Positions 51,051 to 60,426 of a stretch of DNA of 64,000 nucleotides are shown in pieces. Every line of letters starts with the position of its first letter. Position 1 is the first letter of the stretch. The notes below the pieces were generated by a model. That model had not been told where the DNA came from and ran no database searches. It was given only the letters and a program-made list of their open reading frames with translations. The stretch spans positions 1,120,001 to 1,184,000 of the forward strand of contig OY969622.1 of NCBI GenBank assembly GCA_963701665.1, written 5' to 3'. Source of the DNA: Candidatus Babeliales bacterium. Its GTDB lineage: Bacteria > Babelota > Babeliae > Babelales > JANWKD01. The position numbers and the translations under genes are program-made.

Positions 51051-53565
51051 ATGGGACGAATGAAAAAAAAGCTTATTATTTTTTTTACCATTTTTCTAAC
51101 AATTGCTAGTTCATTACCTATTTTTGCAATGGAAATGAGCATTGTTGAAATAAAGGAAAGTATCCAAAGCCGTATTTCTGAAGACACCAATCTTGATCAG
51201 CCTGATAGTATTGGCGTTATTCCATTAATCTTTGCAGCACAACATAATGATGCCGACTTAACCCATCAACTGATTGCATTTCATGCCAACGTTAATGTGC
51301 AAGATAGGTGTGGGTCAACACCTTTGCACAATGCGCTACGAAATGGAAATATTTCTCTTGCACATTTTTTGCTCAATCATGGCGCAAATGCTGATATCCA
51401 AGATGCACAAGGCAATACACCGCGTTCCCTTGCTCAGGAATATTCTCTTACTGATATTTTAAAACGTTTTGATGAAAGTAAGAAAGTTGAAAAAGAAACC
51501 TCCAAAGGAAAAGAAAAAGAAGAATCGGCCAAGAAACCGGCAAAAACAAAAAAAATAGGAGCATTTAAGAGAAAAGCGCAAACTGCCTTTAAAGTATTAC
51601 ATGTTCTCAATACTCGTAAAAATACGACAGAAATTCAAAGAAAACTTTTGGCACTTTTTACTGATAAAAAAGCCATGATGACATCTTCAGAAAAAAAATT
51701 ACATCTTACTTCTGAAGATTGGTATGCATTAATTACCGCTGTTTCTGAAAATAGTGTAGAAAAAGTAGCTAACGTCCTTAGCAATGAAGATGCTAATGTT
51801 AATCTCGTAACGCCATCAGGATTTACTGCACTTGCATTAGCCTGCAAAAATTGCAGTAGAGAAATTGTTAATAAGTTACTACAGCACAAAAAAACTATCA
51901 TTGATCTTCCACTTCAAAGCGGAGCAACTCCTTTAATTATTACTGCATCAACTCCTATTGATAGGCCGCATCTACAAAAAAAGTGCTTTAAAATTATAGA
52001 ATTATTAGTTGAGCATGGAGCTAATATTGATACACAAGATAAAGAAGGTTCAACAGCATTAATGAAGGCTTTGTTGAATGGCAATATTAAAGTAGCAAAA
52101 TTTCTTATTAAATTAGGCGCAGATACTTCACTAAAAGACAACCATGGTTTTAGCGCGCTTTTTTATGCAGCAGGAAAAGGGTATTTGCCCATTGTTAAAA
52201 AATTAGTAAAACATGGCGCTAATGTTGATGCTACATCAAAAAAATGGAATCCAGTAACACAAGCAATTTCCGAAGATCATTATAAAAGTTGCACAATTCT
52301 TACAACAAGCAGCATCAAACACACCAGAAGATGTAGAAGAAACTACTGATGATCTTAATGAAAATGACTTCATATTAATTGATACAAATAAATCCCATCC
52401 CAAAAAGAAAATATCTTTTAACATACCGGACGAAGAAAAAGAAATAGATGAAAATTTTAAAGCACTAAAAACAAACAACACAGGTAAAGGCAAAATAAAT
52501 TATTTTAAAGGACTGTTAAAAAGAAAAAAATGGCAAAAACAAAATGATTTAGCTTCTGAATTTGACGAATTAGATTCTCTACAAAACAATTTATCCCTTC
52601 AAGATTTACAACAACATACAAAAGAAAAATCACATAGAGGCAGTTCTTATAATGATATTAACAATATTGATACATTGTGGAGAAGAAGAATAACCTTAAA
52701 TGAGCTCAAAGAAAAAATAAAACTTCGCGAACATTTTGTAGAAACCATTGAAGAAGTAAAAAAAATAGTAGGTGATGGATTTGATTTTATCTTTGATAAC
52801 GAAATTCCTTTAGATATGACGAAAGAAGAATATTCAGAAAGCAAGATAAGTGAAGTAATGAGCGCGGCAAGTGAATTTTTGGACGTTAAAATCCAAACTC
52901 TTAATGAAGAATATGAAGCTGAAAGACAAAAAAGTATAGATGCAAAAAAAGAAGCAGATTACCATTTAAAAGAAGCCGAACATTATAAAAAAGAAGCAGA
53001 ATCCCATTTAAAAGAAAAAAGGCGACATGATAAAAGGATAATAAAGCTTGAAAACAAGGAAAAAAAGCATAAAAAAAATGCACGTGTACGTCAAATAGTT
53101 CTTGCTCGTATGCCAGTACCAACTAATAAAGAACGGAAAATTATTGAAAAAAGAACAACTCAACCGCTTAAGGAGCTAGAAAAAATTAAAATATATGCAG
53201 ATGAATATTTAACGAAAGAAATACCAAAAGAAGAATTAAAATATTTAAATGTAGAATTATCTGATGAAGAATTCCAACGCGCCTTGGAAAGTAGCGAAGA
53301 ACAAAAGAAAAAAATTGAAGATATGCGAGAAGAAAAACATAGGAAAAAAGAAGAACAATTCAAGAAAGACTTAAAAAGAGTTGGCAGACCTAATGGTGAG
53401 CAACTTAGGGAACTTCAGATAAGAACAGGTAAAAATAATATTCTAAAGTTAAGTAACATTTACGTAGCTGAAAAATTGGCTCAAGAAGAATCCCATAGGA
53501 TAATTGATGGTTTTGAGCCGGAAGATCCTTCTGATGAGAACTCAGAAGAAGAAAGCGAAGAATAA
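51051..53565 (+). pseudogene. Ankyrin-repeat / coiled-coil protein split by a +1 frameshift near 52284-52287
   Basis: GSTPLHNA, GFTALALA, GATPLI, GSTALMKA repeats; deleting one A from TATAAAAGTT gives DHYKVAQFL and an open frame through ORF 52675..53565. Confidence 0.75.
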
Positions 53566-53633
53566 GAAAAAATTCTTGCAATCGAAAAATGATTTTTCTT
53601 ATTGTAAATCTATCATATAAAGGAGAAAAAATA

Positions 53634-54215
53634 ATGATGAATTCTACCAACAATTATTTCGATTACAATCTTTCCCAAGAATGTATTAAACAATTAAAAG
53701 AAAATTCGACATGGTATTTGATTTTGGGAATTTGCATGACAATCTTAGGAATGATCGCCCTTCTTTTTTCTTACACCACAACAATCTTTTCCGTTGTTTA
53801 TTTAGGCTTATTGTTGATCGCTGTCGGTGCTTTTGAACTTTTTCAAGCATTTAAGATGAGCAAATGGAGCACATTTTTCTTGCACATATTTTTGGGGGTA
53901 CTCTTTATCGTTGGCGGTACCCTGATGATCATGAATCCTACCATAAATGCTATCAATCTTACCTTGTTCTTAGCATTCTTTTTTATGGTTTCAGGCATTG
54001 TAAAAATAATTTTTGCCTGCGCAAAAAATATTCCTCATAAGTTTTGGCTTATCCTAAATGGCGTTTTAACGCTTATCTTAGGGATTCTTATTTGGTATCA
54101 ATGGCCATATTCCGGCTTATGGGTTATCGGTATGTTTGTCGGTATTGATGCAATCTTTACCGGTTGGACATGGATTATGTTATCAATTGCAGCTAAAAAG
54201 ATTAGTTATAAATAA
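53634..54215 (+). CDS. HdeD/DUF308 family membrane protein
   Basis: W..ILGI...LG, six TMs, WP.SGLWVIG.FVGID; RBS AAGGAG. Confidence 0.88.
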   Translation: MMNSTNNYFDYNLSQECIKQLKENSTWYLILGICMTILGMIALLFSYTTTIFSVVYLGLLLIAVGAFELFQAFKMSKWSTFFLHIFLGVLFIVGGTLMIMNPTINAINLTLFLAFFFMVSGIVKIIFACAKNIPHKFWLILNGVLTLILGILIWYQWPYSGLWVIGMFVGIDAIFTGWTWIMLSIAAKKISYK

Positions 54216-54231
54216 AATTGATAGTTCTGTT

Positions 54232-54495
54232 TTAGTTTCTTTTTACCAACATATGACACTTAGCACATGACTGATTCAGAGGGATACTGGATGGATAATT
54301 TAATGCTTCAAAAAGACATTGCGGATAATTAATATGTCCAGCAGGATCTTGTAGATAATTTTTCATAACCGGATGTCGTGCTTGCTCTTCTAAAGTCATC
54401 CCACTACTTTTTGCACCTACAAAAAGTTCCATCGCATTATTTGTTGAAATTAAAAAAAATAACGCATAAAAAGAGATATTGCCTATTTTTTTCAT
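54232..54495 (-). CDS. Small secreted hypothetical protein
   Basis: Leader MKKIGNISFYALFFLISTNNA-MEL; C-terminal CAKCH. Confidence 0.5.
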   Translation of the reverse strand: MKKIGNISFYALFFLISTNNAMELFVGAKSSGMTLEEQARHPVMKNYLQDPAGHINYPQCLFEALNYPSSIPLNQSCAKCHMLVKRN

Positions 54496-54572
54496 TATTG
54501 ATTTCTTTCTGAATATAATTTTATAGGTATTAGTATTCATGTTAATTTTATTTTCAGAAAAATCAATCTTAC

Positions 54573-54845
54573 TCACGGTTTATTTTCAAAAGTTGGGTCT
54601 TTTTTAACCATATCTTTCCAAAAATTTTTCTTCCATTTTGATTCCGCGGTAGCCGCCGTGCACTCTTTTTTCTTTCTTATATTATATCCTGAAGGTGGTC
54701 GTGGTGGACTCTGCTTTGAGCGCTGCTTTGGACTTTGCTTTGGTCTATAAATAACGCCTTTTTTGTGTGACTTGCGTTTATAACATGGGGTCATTGGGAA
54801 AAAATGACACATGAGCAGTACATAAAAAAGAATTTTATAGTTCAT
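54573..54845 (-). CDS. Small basic secreted peptide
   Basis: Leader MNYKILFYVLLMCHFFPMTPC, RBS GAGGT, K/R-rich mature part. Confidence 0.65.
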   Translation of the reverse strand: MNYKILFYVLLMCHFFPMTPCYKRKSHKKGVIYRPKQSPKQRSKQSPPRPPSGYNIRKKKECTAATAESKWKKNFWKDMVKKDPTFENKP

Positions 54846-55111
54846 AAATACCTCAATTTTCAGAACCATGTGGCATAACTGATATTTCTGTATATCCCTG
54901 ATAAAAATCTTTTTCTAGTCGTTTAGTTTTGTCTTGATTTAAGCCCGGTTTTGAAGATTTTTTACCTGGCTCGAATTTTGATTTATAAAATTGAGCAGTA
55001 TCACTTTTATGTCTAAATTTTTTGCCCAGTAATTTAAAACATGGAGTCATCGGGAAAAAATGGCACATCAATAATGCGCAAAAAAGAATTTTATAGTTCA
55101 TAAACACCTCA
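54782..55111 (-). repeat. Duplicated 74-bp stop+RBS+signal-peptide cassette (54782-54855 and 55038-55111)
   Basis: TGAGGTRTTTATGAACTATAAAATTCTTTTTT...ATGTGYCATTTTTTCCCRATGACYCCATGTT in both copies. Confidence 0.85.
54853..55101 (-). CDS. Small basic secreted peptide
   Basis: Leader MNYKILFCALLMCHFFPMTPC, RBS GAGGT, K-rich mature part. Confidence 0.65.
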   Translation of the reverse strand: MNYKILFCALLMCHFFPMTPCFKLLGKKFRHKSDTAQFYKSKFEPGKKSSKPGLNQDKTKRLEKDFYQGYTEISVMPHGSEN

Positions 55112-55498
55112 TTCATTACACGAGTGTTCAATGCAGGTATCACATGCATTAATACAATCTTGGCAAAGCCAATTAATTTGATGACAAGAATTGACGCAAT
55201 CATTATCAAGAACATCACACAAATCGGCTGATTTATCACACGCATCCATACATTGCTCGCACACTCGAATACATGCCTGCGTTTTTTCTGTGCAATCCTT
55301 AGATTTGCATTCTTTTAAATGAAGTCTGCATTGAGTGATACATTCTTGGACCGCATCATAGGCGGCTTTGAAAATATGGTCAACTTTGTGCACATTGTTA
55401 TGGTTTTTGTGTAATGCAACAATTTTTTTGCACGTGTCAAGAGCAGCCTCGCACGCAAGAATGCACGCGTTACATGCTTCAATATGATTTGCTTTCAT
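55109..55498 (-). CDS. Cys-rich four-helix-bundle copper storage protein (Csp/DUF326-like)
   Basis: Repeated CxxCxxxC helical pattern (ACNACILACE, ACIRVCEQCMDAC, LCQDCINACDTC). Confidence 0.7.
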   Translation of the reverse strand: MKANHIEACNACILACEAALDTCKKIVALHKNHNNVHKVDHIFKAAYDAVQECITQCRLHLKECKSKDCTEKTQACIRVCEQCMDACDKSADLCDVLDNDCVNSCHQINWLCQDCINACDTCIEHSCNE

Positions 55499-55573
55499 AG
55501 CGTCTCTTTCTTATTTACAGTAATTAATTTTAATCACTCTACTATAAAAAAAAGATAGAAAACAATAAGACTA

Positions 55574-55807
55574 TTAATTCGTTTTTTTAGGTGCTTTTTT
55601 CTTTGCAGCAGGAGAAATCTCAGGTTTTTCTTTTACTTTACCCAATTCAACTAACGCTTCTATCGCTCTACGTTCACTCCGAGTAACACGTGAATATGCA
55701 CGCGATACATCCGTAACTGTTTTTTTTGGGGTTACTTTTTTCATTGCTGCAAGCTCTAAGAAACATGTACCCATCACAATGCTCAGAACAAGTGCATTAT
55801 AGTTCAT
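55574..55807 (-). CDS. Small basic secreted protein
   Basis: Leader ending LAA-MKK; TPKK and SPAAKKKAPKK; RBS AAGGA. Confidence 0.6.
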   Translation of the reverse strand: MNYNALVLSIVMGTCFLELAAMKKVTPKKTVTDVSRAYSRVTRSERRAIEALVELGKVKEKPEISPAAKKKAPKKTN

Positions 55808-55921
55808 ACATTCCTTTTATAAAAAAAATAATAATTATGCTACAACGACATTCATTAGCATTTTTAAAATATAAAAAGAAAGCTAGTATGGCAATCCACG
55901 TTAAAACATCTTCTATTTTTG

Positions 55922-56465
55922 TTATCGAATACGGTTGTTGGCTAAAAAACTAGATGCATCATCGCCAAGAGAAGAAATTATTTTTGCTAATTCATTTATA
56001 ACATAACGATCAGATACATTTAGAGTTGCCTTTATTAATTCATCGACTTTTGATGCTGCATTAGAAATTATAACCTCAGGTTGCGCCTTTGTATCAAAAA
56101 AAATAGAGAAAACAGGGCCTTTTAAGCATAGCCCCGAAACGTTCTGACAATGCTTTTCTTAAATTCTGAAGACCCTTATCAGTACTTTTAACAGTCTGTG
56201 TTTCTTCTCCCAATTTTTTAAGACTAGCACTCAACGGTGATAAGAGTTTCCTTAAATCATCAGTAGAACGACTAGAATAAGGAAGCACTATACGCGCATT
56301 TTTTAATGAAGATAAATTTGCAAACACTGCCATTATTGTCTCTTCTATCGATCTGTAGGGAGAAACAACAGGAGGCTTTAATGGAATGCCTTTACTTGCA
56401 GCCTGAATTTGCATAAAAAAAAATGAATTTAACAAGTAAATAAACACCATTATAAAATTCTTCAT
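55922..56465 (-). pseudogene. Secreted hypothetical protein, probably frameshifted near 56096-56123
   Basis: ORF 56094..56465 (leader ending IQA) stops just after a T8 run; +1 frame continues start-less as DTKAQPEVIISNAASKVDELIKATL... to a stop at 55922. Confidence 0.45.
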
Positions 56466-56629
56466 AGAACCCCCTCATATTATTGTTATCAATATCCCCC
56501 TCTTTTAACTAAGAATAGCTATTTTATCTTTAAAGAATCAATAAACTCTTGTTTTTTATGGGAGCGGCCTTATATAATAAAGTCATATTTGAAATTTTGA
56601 TTGTAATATAATATTAATAGGTGATATTT

Positions 56630-57745
56630 ATGAAAACATATATTTTTACAAAGTTAGTCATACTTAGTCTTTTGATGGGGTTGCTATCATTATTTGCATT
56701 TGAGCTAAAGTGTGCACAAAAATTGAATGGCCTTCCTTTTGAAAAAGTGGCGAAATTAGCTGATCAACTTTCAGTGCAAGATGAAAAACAAATTATTGAA
56801 TTTTTTAAACAGCACGAACAAGAAATCAAACCTTTAACCAACCTAGAAGGGTTTCGCGTTTGGAAAAAAGTATTTGCAACAAATAACAGCAATCTTAAAA
56901 AAGCTGGGCTACAAAATATAGAAAGCTCTGTTGAAAATTATGGTATTCCATTAACTAACACAGCGTTTATTCTTGAAATTGCGGGTCCGGGAAATCGATG
57001 GCAGAATATTGTCCAATATTTAGGAAAAATGAGCGATAGTGATGCCTATACTTATGCAATACACTTGGGACAAAATGTTAAAGAAAACAAAAAGAAATTA
57101 CACAACTTCCGTCACGATATTGAAACTCTTTATCAAAAAAATCCAATACCGACTTATCAAGCACTAAGTCGTATATTTTTAGGAAATACTCTTGCAAAAC
57201 AAATCCAAGACAAGCATCTCACCCATATAAAGCAACCCCATCGCTATTTAGTTAAATATCCATGGGCACCCGAAAATGCCCCTATTAATGATATCAATTA
57301 TGCTGTTGTTGAAGATCACATCAATAATGCCCGTCACATCGTTGATACAAAGTATCTTGATTCACTTGCAAAAAAAGGCACTTCTCCGACGACAATTCAA
57401 GCAAACTATATCAACATTAAAGAAATTCCAGTAAGCCTTATCCCACAAATTCTTGAAGCATTCAAAGCAGGATTATGGAACTTTAATGCGTTATTCAAAG
57501 ATGGTGATATTTATTTTGCCAATACAGAACAACCAAATAGCGCAAGTCCTGAACTTATTGCAAAAGGTTTTAATGCACAAGATTCGTTTTGGCGGAACAG
57601 AATTAAAAATGCTTTTATAGAGTTCGCATCAATGCTAAAAACGAGTGGCACTAAGGCACAACAAGAAGCCTTCAGGAAATTTATTATTTCTGATAAAGAA
57701 ACTCAAGAATTACCTTTTTATGATATGATTAAAGATAGCATTTAA
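56630..57745 (+). CDS. Secreted hypothetical protein, possible degenerate kinase-like fold
   Basis: Hydrophobic leader, RBS AGGTGA; YAVVED and GLWN...DGDIYFANTE pattern. Confidence 0.6.
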   Translation: MKTYIFTKLVILSLLMGLLSLFAFELKCAQKLNGLPFEKVAKLADQLSVQDEKQIIEFFKQHEQEIKPLTNLEGFRVWKKVFATNNSNLKKAGLQNIESSVENYGIPLTNTAFILEIAGPGNRWQNIVQYLGKMSDSDAYTYAIHLGQNVKENKKKLHNFRHDIETLYQKNPIPTYQALSRIFLGNTLAKQIQDKHLTHIKQPHRYLVKYPWAPENAPINDINYAVVEDHINNARHIVDTKYLDSLAKKGTSPTTIQANYINIKEIPVSLIPQILEAFKAGLWNFNALFKDGDIYFANTEQPNSASPELIAKGFNAQDSFWRNRIKNAFIEFASMLKTSGTKAQQEAFRKFIISDKETQELPFYDMIKDSI

Positions 57746-57821
57746 TGTTCAAAAAAGAACACGCGCAACTTTGCTTTAGTAAGTACTACCTACTGACTTG
57801 TCGGTGGTTCTGATTTTCACT

Positions 57822-59744
57822 TTACTTTTCATAACGAGTGCCTAAATGCTGCGCTAAAAATTTTTCCACTGCAGCATAAAACTTCATGCGATTTTCTTGA
57901 CGAACTAAGCTGTGTCCCTCATCAGGAAAAAGTAAGTATTCATGAGGAATGCCCTTTTCTTGCAGAGCGGCAACAAATTGTTCTGATTCTGATTGTTTCA
58001 CACGCACATCGTTTGCACCATGCGCGAGCAATAAAGGAATCCTTAGATTCTCAATGCTAAATAAAGGAGAACGAGATTTAAGAAATTTTTCATCACTCAG
58101 TTTCCCTATGCGTTGTTCCCATTGTGCTAATGACCAATAAGGTGGTAACGTTTGTAAAACGGTGATCAAATTACTCGGAGCACACATTGCAATCGAACAG
58201 CAAAAAATATCGGGCGTAAAGGTTGCACCTACGAGCGCAGCATAACCGCCATAAGAACCGCCAAAAATAGCAATTTTTTTAGGATCAGCAATTCCTCGAT
58301 CTAGTGCCCATTGAACCCCATCAATAAGATCATCCTGCATTTTTCCGCCCCACTCGCCATTACCGGCAGCTAAAAATGTTTTTCCATAGCCACTTGAACC
58401 GCGATAATTAACTTGCAAGACAGCACAACCGCGATTAGCAAGTAATTGCACAACAGGATCATAACCCCAACTATCTCGACAAAATGGACCGCCATGAACA
58501 TACAACACTAAGGGTAGATTTTTTTTCTCAACAATAGGACGGGTCAAATAGCCATAAATTTTTAGACCGTCACGCGCAACGAAAGAAAGCGATTCCATAT
58601 GAGCAAGTTGATAGTTATTAAGCTCTGGATTGCGATAAAATAAAAAAGTTGCTTCTTTTGTGTCAAAATTATATGCATAATATTCAACTGATTTGTTATC
58701 AAATTCAAAACCAAGTAATACTTTTTTGCCATCATAAGTTCCTCTCATGGCAACCAGGTCACCTGCACACAAAGAAAGAATGGTATCATAATCTTTTTGC
58801 ATCGCTGGATCAAGAACTTTATAGGAATAGCGTTCTTTGTTAAAACATACTAATTCTGGTTCATACGTATCGACATTAAAACAGACACTTTCAACATCAT
58901 ATTCGGCATCTTGCGCAAGAATTTCCAGCTGCCCTGTCTTAACATTTAAACGTTGTAAGCAACGTGTATTCGTTTTCAATGAACTATTCAAAAATAAATA
59001 TGAATTATCTTTTGAGAAACCTAAAATAGCTGAATACATTTCATCTTCTAATGCATCTTCAAAACCCACCGATAAAAGCTTGTGCCATTTTTCATTGCTA
59101 TTTTTTCGTACAAAAAGATCTTGCGAACCATCAGCATTTGTTTGTAATGCACCCAACACTTGCAAATGCCTGCCAACAATCCATCTGGTGAAAGTGCCTG
59201 GATTTTTCGCAACTAATGTTATAGCACCTGTGTTTAAATCAAGATTATATACATCAAAAAATTTTGGATTATCTTTGTTCATTTCTATCAAAACTTCATG
59301 ATGATGATCTTTATCAATAGCATTTATATGTGCTTTCACTCCTTGGAACAGTGTAAAGTTTTTCACTTCTCCTGTAAGGGAATCAAGAGCAAAAATACTA
59401 TAATTCTCATCACCATTATTATCTTTTAGATATAACAACTGCTTGCCATTTGGCGCCCATGAATAACTAAAAATGCCTCGTTTAGTTTCATGACTAAGCA
59501 CTTTATCATCATTTTGGCCTACTGTTTTTACCCAAATGTTCGAGACACCCTCGTAAGGTGCACAATACGCCATCTTAGTTCCATCAGGTGAAAGAGTTGG
59601 ATACGTCTTTTCAGGGTTGCCAAATAAGACTGCCCGAGGAATAAGTGGTACGGCTGTAATAGTATTTAAGAATAGTACATAGCTGGCAATTATAAGCAGA
59701 AATGACATAAAAATGAGGGGTGTTGATTTAAATGAAGTTTTCAT
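57822..59744 (-). CDS. S9 family serine peptidase (dipeptidyl aminopeptidase/acylaminoacyl peptidase)
   Basis: LIPR..LFGNP, SPDG propeller, VHGGP, NYRGSSGYG, GGSYGGY, ND.RV, DEGH. Confidence 0.95.
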   Translation of the reverse strand: MKTSFKSTPLIFMSFLLIIASYVLFLNTITAVPLIPRAVLFGNPEKTYPTLSPDGTKMAYCAPYEGVSNIWVKTVGQNDDKVLSHETKRGIFSYSWAPNGKQLLYLKDNNGDENYSIFALDSLTGEVKNFTLFQGVKAHINAIDKDHHHEVLIEMNKDNPKFFDVYNLDLNTGAITLVAKNPGTFTRWIVGRHLQVLGALQTNADGSQDLFVRKNSNEKWHKLLSVGFEDALEDEMYSAILGFSKDNSYLFLNSSLKTNTRCLQRLNVKTGQLEILAQDAEYDVESVCFNVDTYEPELVCFNKERYSYKVLDPAMQKDYDTILSLCAGDLVAMRGTYDGKKVLLGFEFDNKSVEYYAYNFDTKEATFLFYRNPELNNYQLAHMESLSFVARDGLKIYGYLTRPIVEKKNLPLVLYVHGGPFCRDSWGYDPVVQLLANRGCAVLQVNYRGSSGYGKTFLAAGNGEWGGKMQDDLIDGVQWALDRGIADPKKIAIFGGSYGGYAALVGATFTPDIFCCSIAMCAPSNLITVLQTLPPYWSLAQWEQRIGKLSDEKFLKSRSPLFSIENLRIPLLLAHGANDVRVKQSESEQFVAALQEKGIPHEYLLFPDEGHSLVRQENRMKFYAAVEKFLAQHLGTRYEK

Positions 59745-59884
59745 GAATTACCTTTTTTAGGATGCTAAAATTTAATATTAGTATATCAAAAGCTAAAAAA
59801 TCATAAAGGGGGATTATTACACTGCCAACCAAAATTATTGCGACCATAGAAAATAACTAATAAAATATACTAAGGAGCAAAAAT

Positions 59885-60034
59885 ATGAAAAAAATAGTAC
59901 AAAATGCCTCAGATAAGACTTTTGAAGAAAAGATGCATGATTTGAAACAAGCTTATGAAAAGGCAGAAACAAATCCTTCTCGCCTCCTTTTTATTAAAGA
60001 ATGGGAAATTCTTGACGTTGAAGATTGGAAATAA
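59885..60034 (+). CDS. 49-aa ORF resembling the C-terminal part of an antitoxin
   Basis: RBS AAGGAG; MKKIVQNASDKTFEEKMHDLKQAYEKAETNPSRLLFIKEWEILDVEDWK; below the ORF-track cutoff. Confidence 0.45.
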   Translation: MKKIVQNASDKTFEEKMHDLKQAYEKAETNPSRLLFIKEWEILDVEDWK

Positions 60035-60039
60035 AAAAA

Positions 60040-60299
60040 TTATTCTTCTTCAAAACATCCAAATCCATACTCCTGTCAGCCTTTTGCATAAGTGCTTTTT
60101 TAAGCTCATCAATAATAGCTTTATTTTTAGGATCAAAGAGCCATTTTTTTTCTTGAGGAATTTCTTGTATTGGCTCAAGGATAATGTTTCCGCTCTTTTC
60201 ATATATTCTGTAAAGATGCTATAAATCTTTAGCTATTTCTTTGGGGATAGTAACACGATTACGAGAGTCCACTGTAACGTATATAGCTGCTTTTTTCAT
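60040..60299 (-). pseudogene. AbrB/MazE-like antitoxin pseudogene
   Basis: RBS GAGGTG; MKKAAIYVTVDSRNRVTIPKEIAKDL*HLYRIYEKSGNIILEPIQEIPQEKKWLFDPKN; in-frame TAG at 60219-60221; 3' end uncertain. Confidence 0.7.
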
Positions 60300-60379
60300 A
60301 TAACACCTCTTATTTTCATATTGTACCAATAAATGGGCAAGGTATTGATAAAAATATTATAAACACTTGAAAATTAAGA

Positions 60380-60426
60380 AAGTTCCTTGTAAATTCTAAA
60401 TTAGATTCAAAATTTACAAGGAACTT
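60380..60426 (+). promoter_or_regulatory. Perfect 16-bp inverted repeat covering the RBS of the ATPase gene
   Basis: AAGTTCCTTGTAAATT-N15-AATTTACAAGGAACTT ending directly at ATG 60427. Confidence 0.65.

Noticed and set aside
54232..54495. CAKCH as a c-type heme-binding site
   Set aside because: Single CxxCH at the extreme C-terminus of a short ORF with no cytochrome context; may be chance
57783..57810. Short GC-rich hairpin GTACTACCTACTGACTTGTCGGTGGTTC between convergent genes (REP-like or terminator)
   Set aside because: Single copy, imperfect stem, no clear U tract; not enough support
60219..60221. In-frame TAG as evidence of stop-codon reassignment
   Set aside because: TAG terminates intact genes here (e.g. 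gspF at 43951, the 947-aa gene at 36790), so standard code 11 applies
59955..60224. 89-aa plus-strand ORF from the track
   Set aside because: Better explained as the shadow of the 49-aa ORF (other frame) and the antisense AbrB-like pseudogene, both of which have RBSs
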